From Thermodesulfobacteriota bacterium (GTDB lineage: Bacteria; Desulfobacterota; Desulfobulbia; Desulfobulbales; SURF-16): DNA of 64,000 nucleotides. A program made the position numbers and the translations under genes. The notes beneath the pieces are model-generated. The model saw only the letters and a list, made by a program, of their open reading frames with translations, did no database searches and was not told where the DNA came from. Shown piece by piece: positions 16,601 through 27,304 of this stretch (position 1 is the first letter of the stretch; every line of letters starts with the position of its first letter). The stretch spans positions 1 through 64,000 of the forward strand of contig JBDLIE010000012.1 in the NCBI GenBank assembly GCA_039715015.1, written 5' to 3'.

Positions 16601-19237
16601 ATGGATGTCATCACCTCTCATCTCAATGCTGATTTTGACTGTATGGCCGCCATGCTTGCTGCGCGTAAGTTCTACCCTGATGCCAAGCTGGTTTTTCCAG
16701 GTTCCCAAGAGCGTAATCTACGACGATTCCTTAATGAATCAGGCCTTACCTTTGAATTCACCCGCCTGCGCTCCATTGACATGGATAGCATTGATCGCCT
16801 TATTGTTGTCGACAACCGGCAGGCGAGCCGCATCGGTCCCTTTAATCGCTGTCTAAAAAATCCTGGTCTGCAGATCCACCTTTTTGACCACCACCCTGAT
16901 GCCCCGGATAATTTGCAGGGAGTTAAGGAGGAGGTTCGGCCTGTGGGCTCAACCGCCACCCTCTTTGTCCAACTCTTTCAGGAACAGGAAATCAGCATCA
17001 CCAGCCAGGAGGCCTCTACTTTGGCCATGGCCATCTATGAGGATACCGGCAATTTCACCTTTGCCACCACCACGCCAGACGATCTTGTTGCCATGGCCTG
17101 GCTTTTAGAACGCGGCGCCAATATTGACATGGCGAGCCAGTATATCAGCCAGGAGCTGACCAGCGACGAGGTCAGCCTCCTCCATGAGCTGATTAAATCC
17201 GCCACCACCTATACCATCAACACGGTGGCCATTACCGTGGCCCGTATCATCCTCCCTGATTATTGCGACGAATTTGCCCTGCTGGTCCGGCGCTTCATGA
17301 CCATGGAAAATTTGGATGCCCTCTTTGCCTTGGCGGCCATGGATGACCGGGTCTATATTATCGCCCGCAGCCGGGTGCCCGAGGTCAATGTCGGTATGAT
17401 CACCATGGAGTTCGGCGGCGGCGGCCATGCCTCTGCCGCCTCAGCCACCCTCAAGGACCATTCCCTGGTTCAGGTGGAAGAAAAGCTGCTTGAGGTGCTC
17501 CACAATACGGTGCGCCCCCAATCACTGGCCGGCGAGCTGATGAGTTCGCCGGTCATTTCTGTGCAGCCCGACATGCCTATCACCGAGGCCAACAGGGTTC
17601 TTATTCGTTATAATATCACTGTGTTACCTGTAGTCGAAGAGGGTGAGATATGTGGTCTTTTAAGCAGGCGTGAGGCGGCCAAGGCCATCTACCACGATCT
17701 TGGCAAGGAGCCGGTGGCAAGCTATATGACCACCGAATTTGAGGTTGTCGGCCCAGAGGCCAACCTCCTTGAGATCCAACGCCTGATCATTGCCAACCGC
17801 CAGCGCACCATCCCAGTGGTTAGCAAGGGGGAACTGACCGGCATCATCACCCGGACAGACCTGTTCACCCTTTTGGCGGGCGATCCGGCCTTCCTGCCTG
17901 AGCTTAAAAACAGCCAGAACCTGCCGTCAGTGGAGCGCAACCGCAACCTGGCAAGCCAACTGCGCCATACCCTAAGCCGGGAGGTAGTCCAGCTCCTGCA
18001 GACTATTGGCGAGATTGCCCTGGGCTGTGGGGCCACAGCCTATGTGGTGGGGGGCTTTGTCCGTGATTTGCTTCTTGGCATAGAGAATCTGGATCTTGAT
18101 ATCGTTATTGAAGGTGATGGTATTGATTTTGCCAAAAAACTCGCCGCCCATTTCAATGGCAAGATCCGCACCCATGAAAAATTCAACACAGCGGTGGTGG
18201 TCCTGCCGGACGGCCTGAAGATCGATATTGCCACGGCGCGGCTGGAGTATTACGACCACCCGGCTGCCATGCCCAAGGTGGAGTCAAGTTCCATCAAACT
18301 TGATCTTTACCGCCGTGATTTCACGATCAACGCCATGGCAATCCACCTGAACCCCGCCCGTTTTGGCACCTTAGTTGATTTCTTCAACTCTCAAAATGAC
18401 CTTAAGGACCGGATGGTCCGTATCCTCCACAACCTAAGCTTTGTGGAGGACCCCACCCGCATCTTCCGCGCCATCCGCTTTGAACAGCGGATGGGCTTCA
18501 GTCTGGGCAAGCACACGGAAAAACAGATCAAAAACTCAGTGCGCCTGGGTCTCTTTGACGCTGAAGTAGGCCAACGTTTTTTTCAGGAACTTAAAATGAT
18601 TCTTTCTGAAAAAGATCCCTTGCCTGCCATCCGCCGCCTTGAACATTTCAAGCTCTTGCCCTTTCTTCATCCCCGCCTGAAGATCACCAGCCGGGGCAAA
18701 CACGTCTTGCGCGAGACCCGCCATGCCGTATCTTGGTACAAGCTGCTTTACCTCGACACCACAATCGACCTGTGGGTTGTTTATTTCCTCGCCCTCACCG
18801 CCCGTTTGAAGACGAAATATGTCGGCGAAATGTGCAAAAAACTGGAAATTCCTGAGCGCTCTAGTCAGATCATCATCAACGAACGGGTCATGGCAGACAG
18901 GGCTGTCCGCCTTCTCGACAAAGCTGACAATCTCAGGCCAAGCCGGATTTACAAAGCCCTTCGCGAGCTGCGCCACGAAGGACTGCTGTTTGGCATGGCA
19001 AGTTGCCGGAACAAAAGCGGCCAGATGGCCATCTCTACCTTTGTCACCAAGCTAAGCCATATCAGCAATCATCTGCAGGGCAACGACCTCATTGATATGG
19101 GCTATAAGCCCGGCCCTCTCTTCAACACTATTCTCCAGAGGCTGCTTATGGCCACTCTGGATGGTGTTTGTGCCAGCAGGGAAGATGAAATTACCCTGCT
19201 GAAAAAAGAGTTTCCCCTTCCTGCCGAGAGCAGGTAG
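16601..19237 (+). CDS. DHH-CBS-tRNA nucleotidyltransferase (probable A-adding enzyme)
   Basis: HLNADFD, DHH, GGGGH (DHH/DHHA1); two CBS repeats; VGGFVRD...DLDIV, DLYRRDFTINA, EDPTRIFRAIRF. Confidence 0.9.
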   Translation: MDVITSHLNADFDCMAAMLAARKFYPDAKLVFPGSQERNLRRFLNESGLTFEFTRLRSIDMDSIDRLIVVDNRQASRIGPFNRCLKNPGLQIHLFDHHPDAPDNLQGVKEEVRPVGSTATLFVQLFQEQEISITSQEASTLAMAIYEDTGNFTFATTTPDDLVAMAWLLERGANIDMASQYISQELTSDEVSLLHELIKSATTYTINTVAITVARIILPDYCDEFALLVRRFMTMENLDALFALAAMDDRVYIIARSRVPEVNVGMITMEFGGGGHASAASATLKDHSLVQVEEKLLEVLHNTVRPQSLAGELMSSPVISVQPDMPITEANRVLIRYNITVLPVVEEGEICGLLSRREAAKAIYHDLGKEPVASYMTTEFEVVGPEANLLEIQRLIIANRQRTIPVVSKGELTGIITRTDLFTLLAGDPAFLPELKNSQNLPSVERNRNLASQLRHTLSREVVQLLQTIGEIALGCGATAYVVGGFVRDLLLGIENLDLDIVIEGDGIDFAKKLAAHFNGKIRTHEKFNTAVVVLPDGLKIDIATARLEYYDHPAAMPKVESSSIKLDLYRRDFTINAMAIHLNPARFGTLVDFFNSQNDLKDRMVRILHNLSFVEDPTRIFRAIRFEQRMGFSLGKHTEKQIKNSVRLGLFDAEVGQRFFQELKMILSEKDPLPAIRRLEHFKLLPFLHPRLKITSRGKHVLRETRHAVSWYKLLYLDTTIDLWVVYFLALTARLKTKYVGEMCKKLEIPERSSQIIINERVMADRAVRLLDKADNLRPSRIYKALRELRHEGLLFGMASCRNKSGQMAISTFVTKLSHISNHLQGNDLIDMGYKPGPLFNTILQRLLMATLDGVCASREDEITLLKKEFPLPAESR

Positions 19238-19273
19238 ATTGACAGACTTTAAAATTTATCCCACAAAAAAATC

Positions 19274-19894
19274 ATGTTTAATATCAATTTCCAGGATCTT
19301 GTTATCCAGATCCCCGTTTTTCTGTTTGCCCTCACTATCCATGAATTCTCCCATGGCTACGTGGCCATGCTCTGTGGTGACCAGACTGCTAGGATGCAGG
19401 GCAGGCTTACCATGAATCCCCTAAAACATCTTGATCCTCTTGGCACCCTTGCTATTTTTCTTATCCATTTCGGCTGGGCTCGTCCCGTACCGGTTGATCC
19501 GCGTAACTTCAGGAATCCCCACCGTGATATGATCTTGGTCTCTCTGGCCGGCCCCATGTCCAACCTGGCCACCATGATTGTCAGCCTCTTTGCTCTTATC
19601 GCCATGGCCTATTTTGGGCGGGGCATGCCTGACTTTCTGGCCCAACCGATCATTGCCATGCTCTCTGTGAGCATCTGGATTAACTCCATTCTGGCAATTT
19701 TCAACATGATCCCCATCCCGCCTCTGGACGGCAGCAAGGTGCTTATGGGCCTTCTTCCTCCTAAGCAGGCACGTTATATAGCGCGTATGGAGGGGGCCGG
19801 TTTTATCTTGATTATGATCCTGGCCTTTACCGGTATGCTTGGCAAATTTATCGTCTTTGTCCAAAGCCTTCTCTTTAGTTTTTTTACCGGCTGA
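19274..19894 (+). CDS. Site-2 protease (peptidase M50)
   Basis: HEFSHG, LAGPMSN, FNMIPIPPLDG. Confidence 0.95.
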   Translation: MFNINFQDLVIQIPVFLFALTIHEFSHGYVAMLCGDQTARMQGRLTMNPLKHLDPLGTLAIFLIHFGWARPVPVDPRNFRNPHRDMILVSLAGPMSNLATMIVSLFALIAMAYFGRGMPDFLAQPIIAMLSVSIWINSILAIFNMIPIPPLDGSKVLMGLLPPKQARYIARMEGAGFILIMILAFTGMLGKFIVFVQSLLFSFFTG

Positions 19895-19900
19895 GCGGCC

Positions 19901-20641
19901 ATGTCTTTACCTGCTGCCCATACCTTTGCCATCTTGGCCGGCCAGCCCGGTTTGGCGCACGGCTGTTTCAACCGCCATGGGGGCATGAGCTCCGAACCCT
20001 ATGATTCACTGAATGTAAGTTACGGGGTTGGCGATGATCCTGAAAATGTCCGCCATAACCGTTCCCTGATTATCAATGCTCTGGGCTGTAAAACCCTTGT
20101 TTCTTGCAAACAGGTCCACGGTGACAAGGTAGCTGTTATTGAGGAAATGCAAGATGACCAGGAACTGGATGGCTACGATGCCTTAATTACTAAGCAGCCC
20201 GGCGTTGCTCTGCTCATCCAACAGGCCGATTGCCAAGCGGTGTTACTCCATGATCCCCTTAACAAGGTGATTGCCAACATCCATTGCGGCTGGCGAGGCA
20301 GTGTTGCCAATATCATCGCGGCAACGTTGGCCCGGATGGCTGAGGCTTTTCAATCTGATCCCAGCCAGATCAGCGCCGCGATAAGCCCGGCCCTTGGTCC
20401 CTGTTGCGCAGAGTTCATAAATTATAAGAAAGAGCTGCCCAGAGATTTCCACAGCTTTGAGGTGGCTGAAAAGCATTTTGATTTTCCGGCAATCAGTGCA
20501 ATGCAGCTCCAGGAGGCAGGTATTCTCGCTAAGAATATAGAAAGGGCCAATATCTGTACCCGTTGTAATCAAGATTGGTTTTCCTTTCGACGTAGCCGCC
20601 AGACAGGACGTTTCTGCACAGTCATAGGCCTTAGATCATGA
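19901..20641 (+). CDS. pgeF: Peptidoglycan editing factor / purine nucleoside phosphorylase, YfiH family
   Basis: KQVHG, DALIT, ADC, IHCGWRG, FSFRR. Confidence 0.92.
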   Translation: MSLPAAHTFAILAGQPGLAHGCFNRHGGMSSEPYDSLNVSYGVGDDPENVRHNRSLIINALGCKTLVSCKQVHGDKVAVIEEMQDDQELDGYDALITKQPGVALLIQQADCQAVLLHDPLNKVIANIHCGWRGSVANIIAATLARMAEAFQSDPSQISAAISPALGPCCAEFINYKKELPRDFHSFEVAEKHFDFPAISAMQLQEAGILAKNIERANICTRCNQDWFSFRRSRQTGRFCTVIGLRS

Positions 20642-21960
20642 CCAGCCGCGCTATAGCCATCCTCTGCCTGGTCGAGCAGGACAAGAGCAAAGAGCCTGTT
20701 GACCAGATTCTTGCCACCTTTTTTGAACAAAACCCCCTTGCGGATGATCGCGACCGACAGTTGACCATGGCCCTTATCTATGGCGTCCTGCGCCACCGCC
20801 AGGAGCTGGACGTCTTGCTCAAGACCTACTCGAAGAAGGCGCTATCCAAACTTAACCCCCTTGTCTTGCAGGCCCTGCGCATTGGTCTTGTGCAGCTCCT
20901 CTTTCTGGACCGTATTCCAGAGTCTGCGGCGGTTAACGAAACGGTGAAAGGCCTGGGGCGTCAACCAAAATGGCTCAAAGGTTTCGTTAATGGTGTTCTG
21001 CGGGCCGTGGTCCGGGATATTGACGGCGTCCGGCAACGTCTTAATGACCTGCCCATCGAAAAACGCCTTAATCATCCAGAGTGGCTTGTCTCCATGTGGG
21101 AGAAGCAGTTTGGTCGAAAACAGGCCCTTGATCTCTGCATAACGAACAATACTCCACCACCTCTTGGCCTGCGTTTGAATCCTCACTTGGTTAGCAGGGA
21201 TGTTTTTCTGAAACAACTCAAGGATCATAACAGCGCTTGCCCCGGAAACTTCACCGACCACTCTGTCCTTCTTTCTGATTTCCATGGCAGAATTGACTCC
21301 CTGCCTGGTTATGATGAAGGCCTGTTTCATGTCCAGGACGAGGCGGCCCAGCTTATCGCCTCTTTTTTTACAGACCTGCCCTCTGGGGCGTACCTGGACG
21401 GCTGTGCCGGCCTTGGTGGAAAAACTATCCTCCTTGACCAGGTATTGGCCACCGATGCCACCCTCACTGCTGTTGAGCCCCATGAAGGTCGCCTGGGCCT
21501 TTTGCAGAAAAACCTTGACCGCTGTCACTGTCGTCCCATCTCTCTACATGCCACCACTCTCCAAAAACTCTCAGAAAAACATCCTGCCGCCTTTGACGGT
21601 ATTTTGCTTGATGCACCCTGCTCCGGCCTCGGCATAATTCGCCGCCAACCAGATATTCGCTGGAACCGTTCCATGGCAGACTTGGCCAAACTGGCCCGAA
21701 CCCAGCTTGCCCTCCTCTCCTCGGCTGCAACCCTTGTCAAACCAGGGGGTGTGGTGGTTTATGTCACCTGTTCCCTCTCCACCATTGAGAATGAAGAGGT
21801 TATTGCTTCGTTTTTAAACGGCCATCCACAATTTACCATTATGCCGCCTGTTCTTTCTGATCAGGCCCACAGCCTTGTTACTAATCCAGGCTTTCTGAGG
21901 ACACTTCCCAGCCAGGGCCTTGATGGATTTTTTGCCGCCCGTCTCCTCATGAGCAGGTAA
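20638..21960 (+). CDS. rsmB: 16S rRNA m5C967 methyltransferase
   Basis: NusB-like N-terminus (AAVNETV, FVNGVLR); VQDEAAQ, DAPCSGLG, YVTCS, DGFF. Confidence 0.92.
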   Translation: MTSRAIAILCLVEQDKSKEPVDQILATFFEQNPLADDRDRQLTMALIYGVLRHRQELDVLLKTYSKKALSKLNPLVLQALRIGLVQLLFLDRIPESAAVNETVKGLGRQPKWLKGFVNGVLRAVVRDIDGVRQRLNDLPIEKRLNHPEWLVSMWEKQFGRKQALDLCITNNTPPPLGLRLNPHLVSRDVFLKQLKDHNSACPGNFTDHSVLLSDFHGRIDSLPGYDEGLFHVQDEAAQLIASFFTDLPSGAYLDGCAGLGGKTILLDQVLATDATLTAVEPHEGRLGLLQKNLDRCHCRPISLHATTLQKLSEKHPAAFDGILLDAPCSGLGIIRRQPDIRWNRSMADLAKLARTQLALLSSAATLVKPGGVVVYVTCSLSTIENEEVIASFLNGHPQFTIMPPVLSDQAHSLVTNPGFLRTLPSQGLDGFFAARLLMSR

Positions 21961-22047
21961 TAAAAATGCTTCCCATTCCTAATTAGGTAATGTAGAAACG
22001 GTGCTTTGCCATCGATTTTGACTATTTTTCAACACCGTAAAGAGACT

Positions 22048-24879
22048 ATGGAGCCTGATACCATTCGCATCCGCGGCGCCCGGATGCATAATCTCAAAAA
22101 TATCGATATTGACCTACCTCGCAACAAGCTTGTGGTTTTCACCGGCCTGAGCGGTTCCGGCAAATCATCCCTTGCCTTTGACACCCTTTATGCCGAGGGT
22201 CAGCGCCGTTACGTTGAGTCTCTTTCCACCTATGCCCGCCAGTTTCTTGGCCAGATGGACAAGCCTGAGGTGGACTCCCTGGAGGGCCTCAGTCCGGCAG
22301 TTTCCATCGAGCAGCGCACCACCAGCAAAAACCCGCGCTCCACCGTGGGCACCATCACTGAGATCTATGACCATTTCCGTCTCCTTTTTGCCCGGGTTGG
22401 CCACCAGCATTGCCCTGATTGCGGTGAACGCATTGAGCCCCAGTCCATCGAAGATATGGTCAGCACTCTTATGTCCCTTGAAGAAGGGAGCAAACTTCTT
22501 ATTCTGGCGCCGCTCATTGACAACCGTAAGGGTGAGTATGTTGATCTCTTTGAGCGTCTGCGTAAAGAAGGCTATGTCCGGGTCCGGGTGGATGGCGAGA
22601 TTCTTTCTTTAGACAGGCCCATCAAACTTGCCAAGACCAAACGGCATACCATCGAGGTGGTGGTTGACCGCCTGGTCATTAAGGACTCTTCCAGACGGCG
22701 TCTGGCCGACTCGGTGAACACCGCTGTGCAACTGGCCAGTGGTTTTTTGCTGGTCCATTTCCCTGCAACAGCAGAAGAAAAACTGCTTAGCGAACGGTCA
22801 GCCTGTATCCAATGCGGCACCAGTTTACAGGACCTCTCGCCCCAGCTCTTTTCTTTCAATAATCCCAAAGGTGCCTGTGATGAATGTAGTGGCCTGGGTA
22901 TAAAACATTTTTTTGACCCGGAACTGGTGGTCCCAGACCCAACCTTGACCATTAACCAGGGGGCCCTTGCTCCCTGGGGACGGCGCCGGAGCCAGAGCTA
23001 TTCCAGCCAGCTTCTCGCTGCCCTTGCCGACCATTACGGCTTTGAGCTGGACACCCCCTTCAAAAAACTGCCCCAAAAGGCCCAGGACGCCATTTTGCTC
23101 GGAACAGGCCGAGAGCCCATCTTTTTTCACTATGTGCGCCACAGGCGCTCTATGACCTCAGAAACACCCTTTGAGGGACTTATCCCTAATCTCGCCCGCC
23201 GTTTCCATGAAACCAACTCTTCTGCCATGCGTGACGACTTGGGACAATACATGAACGAACAGCCCTGCCCCCGTTGCCATGGTGCCCGTCTCAAACCTGA
23301 AGCCCTTGCTGTTAAAATTGGCGACTGGGCCATCGATGAATTGACGACCATGTCCATTGACCGCCTCCACGAGACCCTTCAGAATCTCCAGTTTAGCAGC
23401 CAGGAGGAGATTATTTCGGAACGGATTATCAAGGAAATCATGGAGCGTCTCAGCTTTCTGCTTGATGTCGGCCTTGGCTACCTGACCCTGGCTCGCACCG
23501 CCGGCACCCTTTCCGGCGGTGAAGCCCAACGTATCCGCTTGGCCTCTCAGATAGGCTCTCAGCTCGTCGGCGTCCTCTACATCCTTGATGAACCAAGTAT
23601 CGGCCTTCACCAGCGCGACAACGACCGCTTGATCAAGACCCTGACAAGCTTGCGTGATCTTGGCAATACGGTGATCGTTGTTGAGCATGATACCGATACC
23701 ATTCTTGCTGCAGACCATATCCTCGACATCGGCCCCGGCGCCGGGGTCCATGGCGGGGAGGTGGTTTACAACGGCCTGGTATCCGGCCTTGTGAGCGACC
23801 CATCATCTGTTACAGGCGGCTATCTTTCCGGACGGCTTGAGATTGCTATCCCTAAAAACCGCCGCAAACCCTCCAAAAAGAAAGGCTGGATCACCATAAA
23901 AGGGGCCTGCGCCAACAATCTCCAATCTATTACCGCAAAGTTTCCGTTAGGTCTTATGACCTGCGTTACTGGCGTTTCTGGTTCCGGCAAAAGCTCCCTT
24001 GTCATTGAGGCCCTCTACAAAGGGGTCACCAGTCATCTCAACCATAAGCCAGGGGGCGGCAATTTCTATGCATCCCTCAAAGGCGTTGAGAACCTAGACA
24101 AGGTGATTGACATTGACCAGAGCCCCATCGGCCGCACGCCGCGTTCCAATCCAGCGACCTACACCGGTATCTTGACCCCTGTCAGAGAACTGTTCAGCAG
24201 GCTTCCCGAAGCGCGGTCTCGAGGCTATAAGCCCGGACGTTTCAGCTTTAACCTCAAAGGCGGACGCTGCGAGGCCTGTGAAGGGGAAGGGGTCATCAAG
24301 ATTGCCATGCATTTTCTGCCTGATATCTTCGTCACCTGTGATACCTGCACCGGCAAACGCTATAATCGCGAGACCCTGGAAATTAAATACAAGGACAAAA
24401 ACATCTCCGAAATTCTGGCCATGACCGTGGAAGAGGCCTTGGAGTTCTTCAAGAATGTGCCGCCCATTAAAAACAGGCTGCAAACCGTTTCTGACGTCGG
24501 CCTGCCCTATATCTCTTTAGGACAATCATCCGTGACCTTATCCGGCGGAGAGGCCCAGAGAATCAAACTAGCGCGAGAGCTCCGCAAACGTGCCACCGGT
24601 CGCACCCTCTATATCCTTGATGAGCCCACCACAGGTCTGCACCCGGCTGATATCCAGCACTTGCTTCATGTGTTAAATCGCTTGGTGGAGACCGGCAACA
24701 CCGTCGTCATAATTGAGCATAACCTTGATGTTATCAAGACAGCTGACCACATTATCGATATTGGCCCGGAAGGAGGCGAGGGAGGTGGGAGAATAATCGC
24801 CCAAGGCAATCCTGAGAAAGTCGCCGCAGAGGAAGAGTCTTTTACGGGTTTTTACCTAAAAAGGATTCTTTCACAGTAG
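22048..24879 (+). CDS. uvrA: Excinuclease ABC subunit A
   Basis: [24 protein letters not shown], two LSGGEAQRI signatures, zinc fingers. Confidence 0.99.
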   Translation: MEPDTIRIRGARMHNLKNIDIDLPRNKLVVFTGLSGSGKSSLAFDTLYAEGQRRYVESLSTYARQFLGQMDKPEVDSLEGLSPAVSIEQRTTSKNPRSTVGTITEIYDHFRLLFARVGHQHCPDCGERIEPQSIEDMVSTLMSLEEGSKLLILAPLIDNRKGEYVDLFERLRKEGYVRVRVDGEILSLDRPIKLAKTKRHTIEVVVDRLVIKDSSRRRLADSVNTAVQLASGFLLVHFPATAEEKLLSERSACIQCGTSLQDLSPQLFSFNNPKGACDECSGLGIKHFFDPELVVPDPTLTINQGALAPWGRRRSQSYSSQLLAALADHYGFELDTPFKKLPQKAQDAILLGTGREPIFFHYVRHRRSMTSETPFEGLIPNLARRFHETNSSAMRDDLGQYMNEQPCPRCHGARLKPEALAVKIGDWAIDELTTMSIDRLHETLQNLQFSSQEEIISERIIKEIMERLSFLLDVGLGYLTLARTAGTLSGGEAQRIRLASQIGSQLVGVLYILDEPSIGLHQRDNDRLIKTLTSLRDLGNTVIVVEHDTDTILAADHILDIGPGAGVHGGEVVYNGLVSGLVSDPSSVTGGYLSGRLEIAIPKNRRKPSKKKGWITIKGACANNLQSITAKFPLGLMTCVTGVSGSGKSSLVIEALYKGVTSHLNHKPGGGNFYASLKGVENLDKVIDIDQSPIGRTPRSNPATYTGILTPVRELFSRLPEARSRGYKPGRFSFNLKGGRCEACEGEGVIKIAMHFLPDIFVTCDTCTGKRYNRETLEIKYKDKNISEILAMTVEEALEFFKNVPPIKNRLQTVSDVGLPYISLGQSSVTLSGGEAQRIKLARELRKRATGRTLYILDEPTTGLHPADIQHLLHVLNRLVETGNTVVIIEHNLDVIKTADHIIDIGPEGGEGGGRIIAQGNPEKVAAEEESFTGFYLKRILSQ

Positions 24880-24996
24880 TAATTTGCTATTTCCCTTTGA
24901 GATACCATAACTTTTTGGCTATAGTTATTTGCTATTAATCAAACTAGAAATGCCTTTTCTGAGGCCTATTCTTTCATCTAAAGCAAAGGATTTTCC

Positions 24997-25473
24997 ATGA
25001 CTGATCAAAACACCGCACCTGGCAATGAAGAGGCCCCTGTGTTTCGCCTGCAAAAAATGTATATCAAAGACCTCTCCTTTGAAAACCCAAATGCCCCTCA
25101 GATCTTTCTCGGCAAGCAGCCGGAACCAAAGGTTGAGGTGAATCTGGCTGTCAAAAACCAAAAGCTGGAAAACGACCACTGGGAGGTGAGCCTAAGCATC
25201 ACCGCCACCGTTTCTAACGACGAAAAAAAAGGTCAAACCCTCTTTATCGTCGAGATCGAACATGCCGGGGTCTTCTTGCTGAAAAATATCCCTGAGCAGC
25301 ATATCCAGATGGTACTGGGTGTTGACTGCCCCACCATGCTCCTGCCCTTCACCCGCCAGATCATCAGCCAGGTCTCCATCGATGGCGGCTTTATCCCCTT
25401 CCTTCTCGAGCCCATGAACTTCCTGGCCCTTTTTGAAAACGCCAAGAAGGAGAAAAAGGAGAAGCAGAATTAA
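24997..25473 (+). CDS. secB: Protein-export chaperone SecB
   Basis: YIKDLSFENPNAP, EIEHAGVF, CPTMLLPF, GGF. Confidence 0.95.
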   Translation: MTDQNTAPGNEEAPVFRLQKMYIKDLSFENPNAPQIFLGKQPEPKVEVNLAVKNQKLENDHWEVSLSITATVSNDEKKGQTLFIVEIEHAGVFLLKNIPEQHIQMVLGVDCPTMLLPFTRQIISQVSIDGGFIPFLLEPMNFLALFENAKKEKKEKQN

Positions 25474-25492
25474 AAATTCCCCTGCAACCAAG

Positions 25493-25548
25493 GCACAATA
25501 AAAAAGCCCGGATTAGATACATCTAATCCGGGCTTTTTTTTATTGTGC
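25493..25548. terminator. Bidirectional terminator between secB and the pilus operon
   Basis: AAAAAAGCCCGGATTAGAT-AC-ATCTAATCCGGGCTTTTTT. Confidence 0.9.
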
Positions 25549-25561
25549 TTAAAATTACTGT

Positions 25562-27274
25562 CTAATTAAGAATAACAGGCCGTAAGAGGATAACCATCTC
25601 CTTCTTGTCCAGCTGATTGCCTGAACGGTTAAAGAGTTTAGAAATTACTGGGATATCACCGAGACCTTTAACCTTGCTTTCAGAAAATTCGTTATCCGAA
25701 TCAATAAGTCCTCCGACAACGAGCATTTCTCCACTCTTAACCCGGACAGTAGAGGTCATTTCCCGGATGGCCACTTTCGGCAAACCGACCTTACCACCGA
25801 TATTGCCGACCTCCTCGAACTGGATTTCCTCTAACAGTTCTGAGGTGACGGGTGTCAAATTAAGAATAACTTCGTTATCATTAAGAACGGTGGCTACCAC
25901 CGCCATACCAAGGCCGGACACAACTGAACTCGTCGTTGCACTCAAGGTGATAACACCATCATCCACAGATGATTCAATGGACTCTATATACCTAATGTCC
26001 TGACCGACGCTGATAAGGGCTGGCTGGCCATTCATCACACTGATCCTGGGATTAGCCAGCACCTCGACATGGCCCTGCTCTTCCATGAGGTCCAGGATCA
26101 ACGCAAAACTCTTAGTATTGATGGTAAAGGGGTAGCTCTGCAAGGTATGATCAGTGGGATTTACAAAGGGATTTTGATAGAAAGGATTAAGCTGCTGGAA
26201 ATCAACCGCTGCTGTGAGTGACGCCTCAATGCTGCCGCCGAGCAAGTTAGACCAGTCAATACCTGTTCTGGTGTCCCCGGTCAGGGTGACCTCAACGATC
26301 TTGGCCTCAATGGAAACCTGGCGATAGAGCACTTTTTTCAGGTTATCAAAATAACTTTCAATACGGCCCAGCAGAGATCGGGGAGCTGTAACAGTGATAA
26401 GGCCGACAGGTTTGTCAATCATATAATAACCAAGGGCTCCCGTGTTCCTCGTCCTGGTCTTTTCCACGGTGGCAGAGGTTGTTTCACCCTCCATCTCCCC
26501 TTCAACCGTATTTTCATTAGTAGCAGTGGTATCGACCGTATCAACCACCTCGGTTTCAGAATAAACCTTTAAAATCTCGTTTAGATTGTTCTCAATATTA
26601 CCCCAGACATCAAAGCTATCTTCTCCGGCCGCCTCGTTTTCAAGCTCTATACGGCCCTTCATCTTATGCTTGACATCCTGAGAACCAAGGACATCACCAC
26701 CAACAGCAATATTATAGTGAGGGTTTAAGAAGGGCATAGCGATATGAAAGGTCTTGCTGTCGCGATACTTGACGATGATGGAATTACCCTTAACCTCATA
26801 GAAGTAGTCAAGCTGGCGCAGGATATTGTCGATGGCAACATAAAAATCATCCTCAGCCCGGATATCAACATCAACCAAGGCCATCTGATCGACGTCCTCC
26901 GCCCAGCTCACATTCATTCTTTTCAGAACAGCGAGCCTTTTTAAAATATCACGCAAGGTGACAGGCCCGCGATTAGAGGAAATATCCGCGCCTACCGGCA
27001 CAGAAAATTCTTCCTGATCGGCAAAGCTGCCGGACTCAGACAAGAGGAAGGTGGGTTTTTGGAACCGGGCAGGGAGTTCTGTTGAATCCTGCACCATCTC
27101 ATCCATCAACTTCGTCTCTGCAGACACTGCCCCGGCAGTGTGCTGATCTAAAAAGCTCTGGGCCTCCTTCCTCTGGTTATAAGAGGAACAGGATGCCACC
27201 AACGCCATTACTAACAGTAGAAATCCTGCCTGCAGATACAGTCTTTTCATGGTATTTCTTGTCATAGCCTTCAC
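25562..27274 (-). CDS. mshL: MSHA-type lipoprotein secretin (MshL/GspD family)
   Basis: Lipobox LVASC; QVSIEAKIVEVTL...GIDW, LANPRISVMNGQPA, VKSGEMLVVGGLI, LGDIPVISKLF. Confidence 0.85.
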   Translation of the reverse strand: MKAMTRNTMKRLYLQAGFLLLVMALVASCSSYNQRKEAQSFLDQHTAGAVSAETKLMDEMVQDSTELPARFQKPTFLLSESGSFADQEEFSVPVGADISSNRGPVTLRDILKRLAVLKRMNVSWAEDVDQMALVDVDIRAEDDFYVAIDNILRQLDYFYEVKGNSIIVKYRDSKTFHIAMPFLNPHYNIAVGGDVLGSQDVKHKMKGRIELENEAAGEDSFDVWGNIENNLNEILKVYSETEVVDTVDTTATNENTVEGEMEGETTSATVEKTRTRNTGALGYYMIDKPVGLITVTAPRSLLGRIESYFDNLKKVLYRQVSIEAKIVEVTLTGDTRTGIDWSNLLGGSIEASLTAAVDFQQLNPFYQNPFVNPTDHTLQSYPFTINTKSFALILDLMEEQGHVEVLANPRISVMNGQPALISVGQDIRYIESIESSVDDGVITLSATTSSVVSGLGMAVVATVLNDNEVILNLTPVTSELLEEIQFEEVGNIGGKVGLPKVAIREMTSTVRVKSGEMLVVGGLIDSDNEFSESKVKGLGDIPVISKLFNRSGNQLDKKEMVILLRPVILN

Positions 27275-27304
27275 TCGGTTTTAACTTGTCCTTCCAGGTT
27301 TCCG

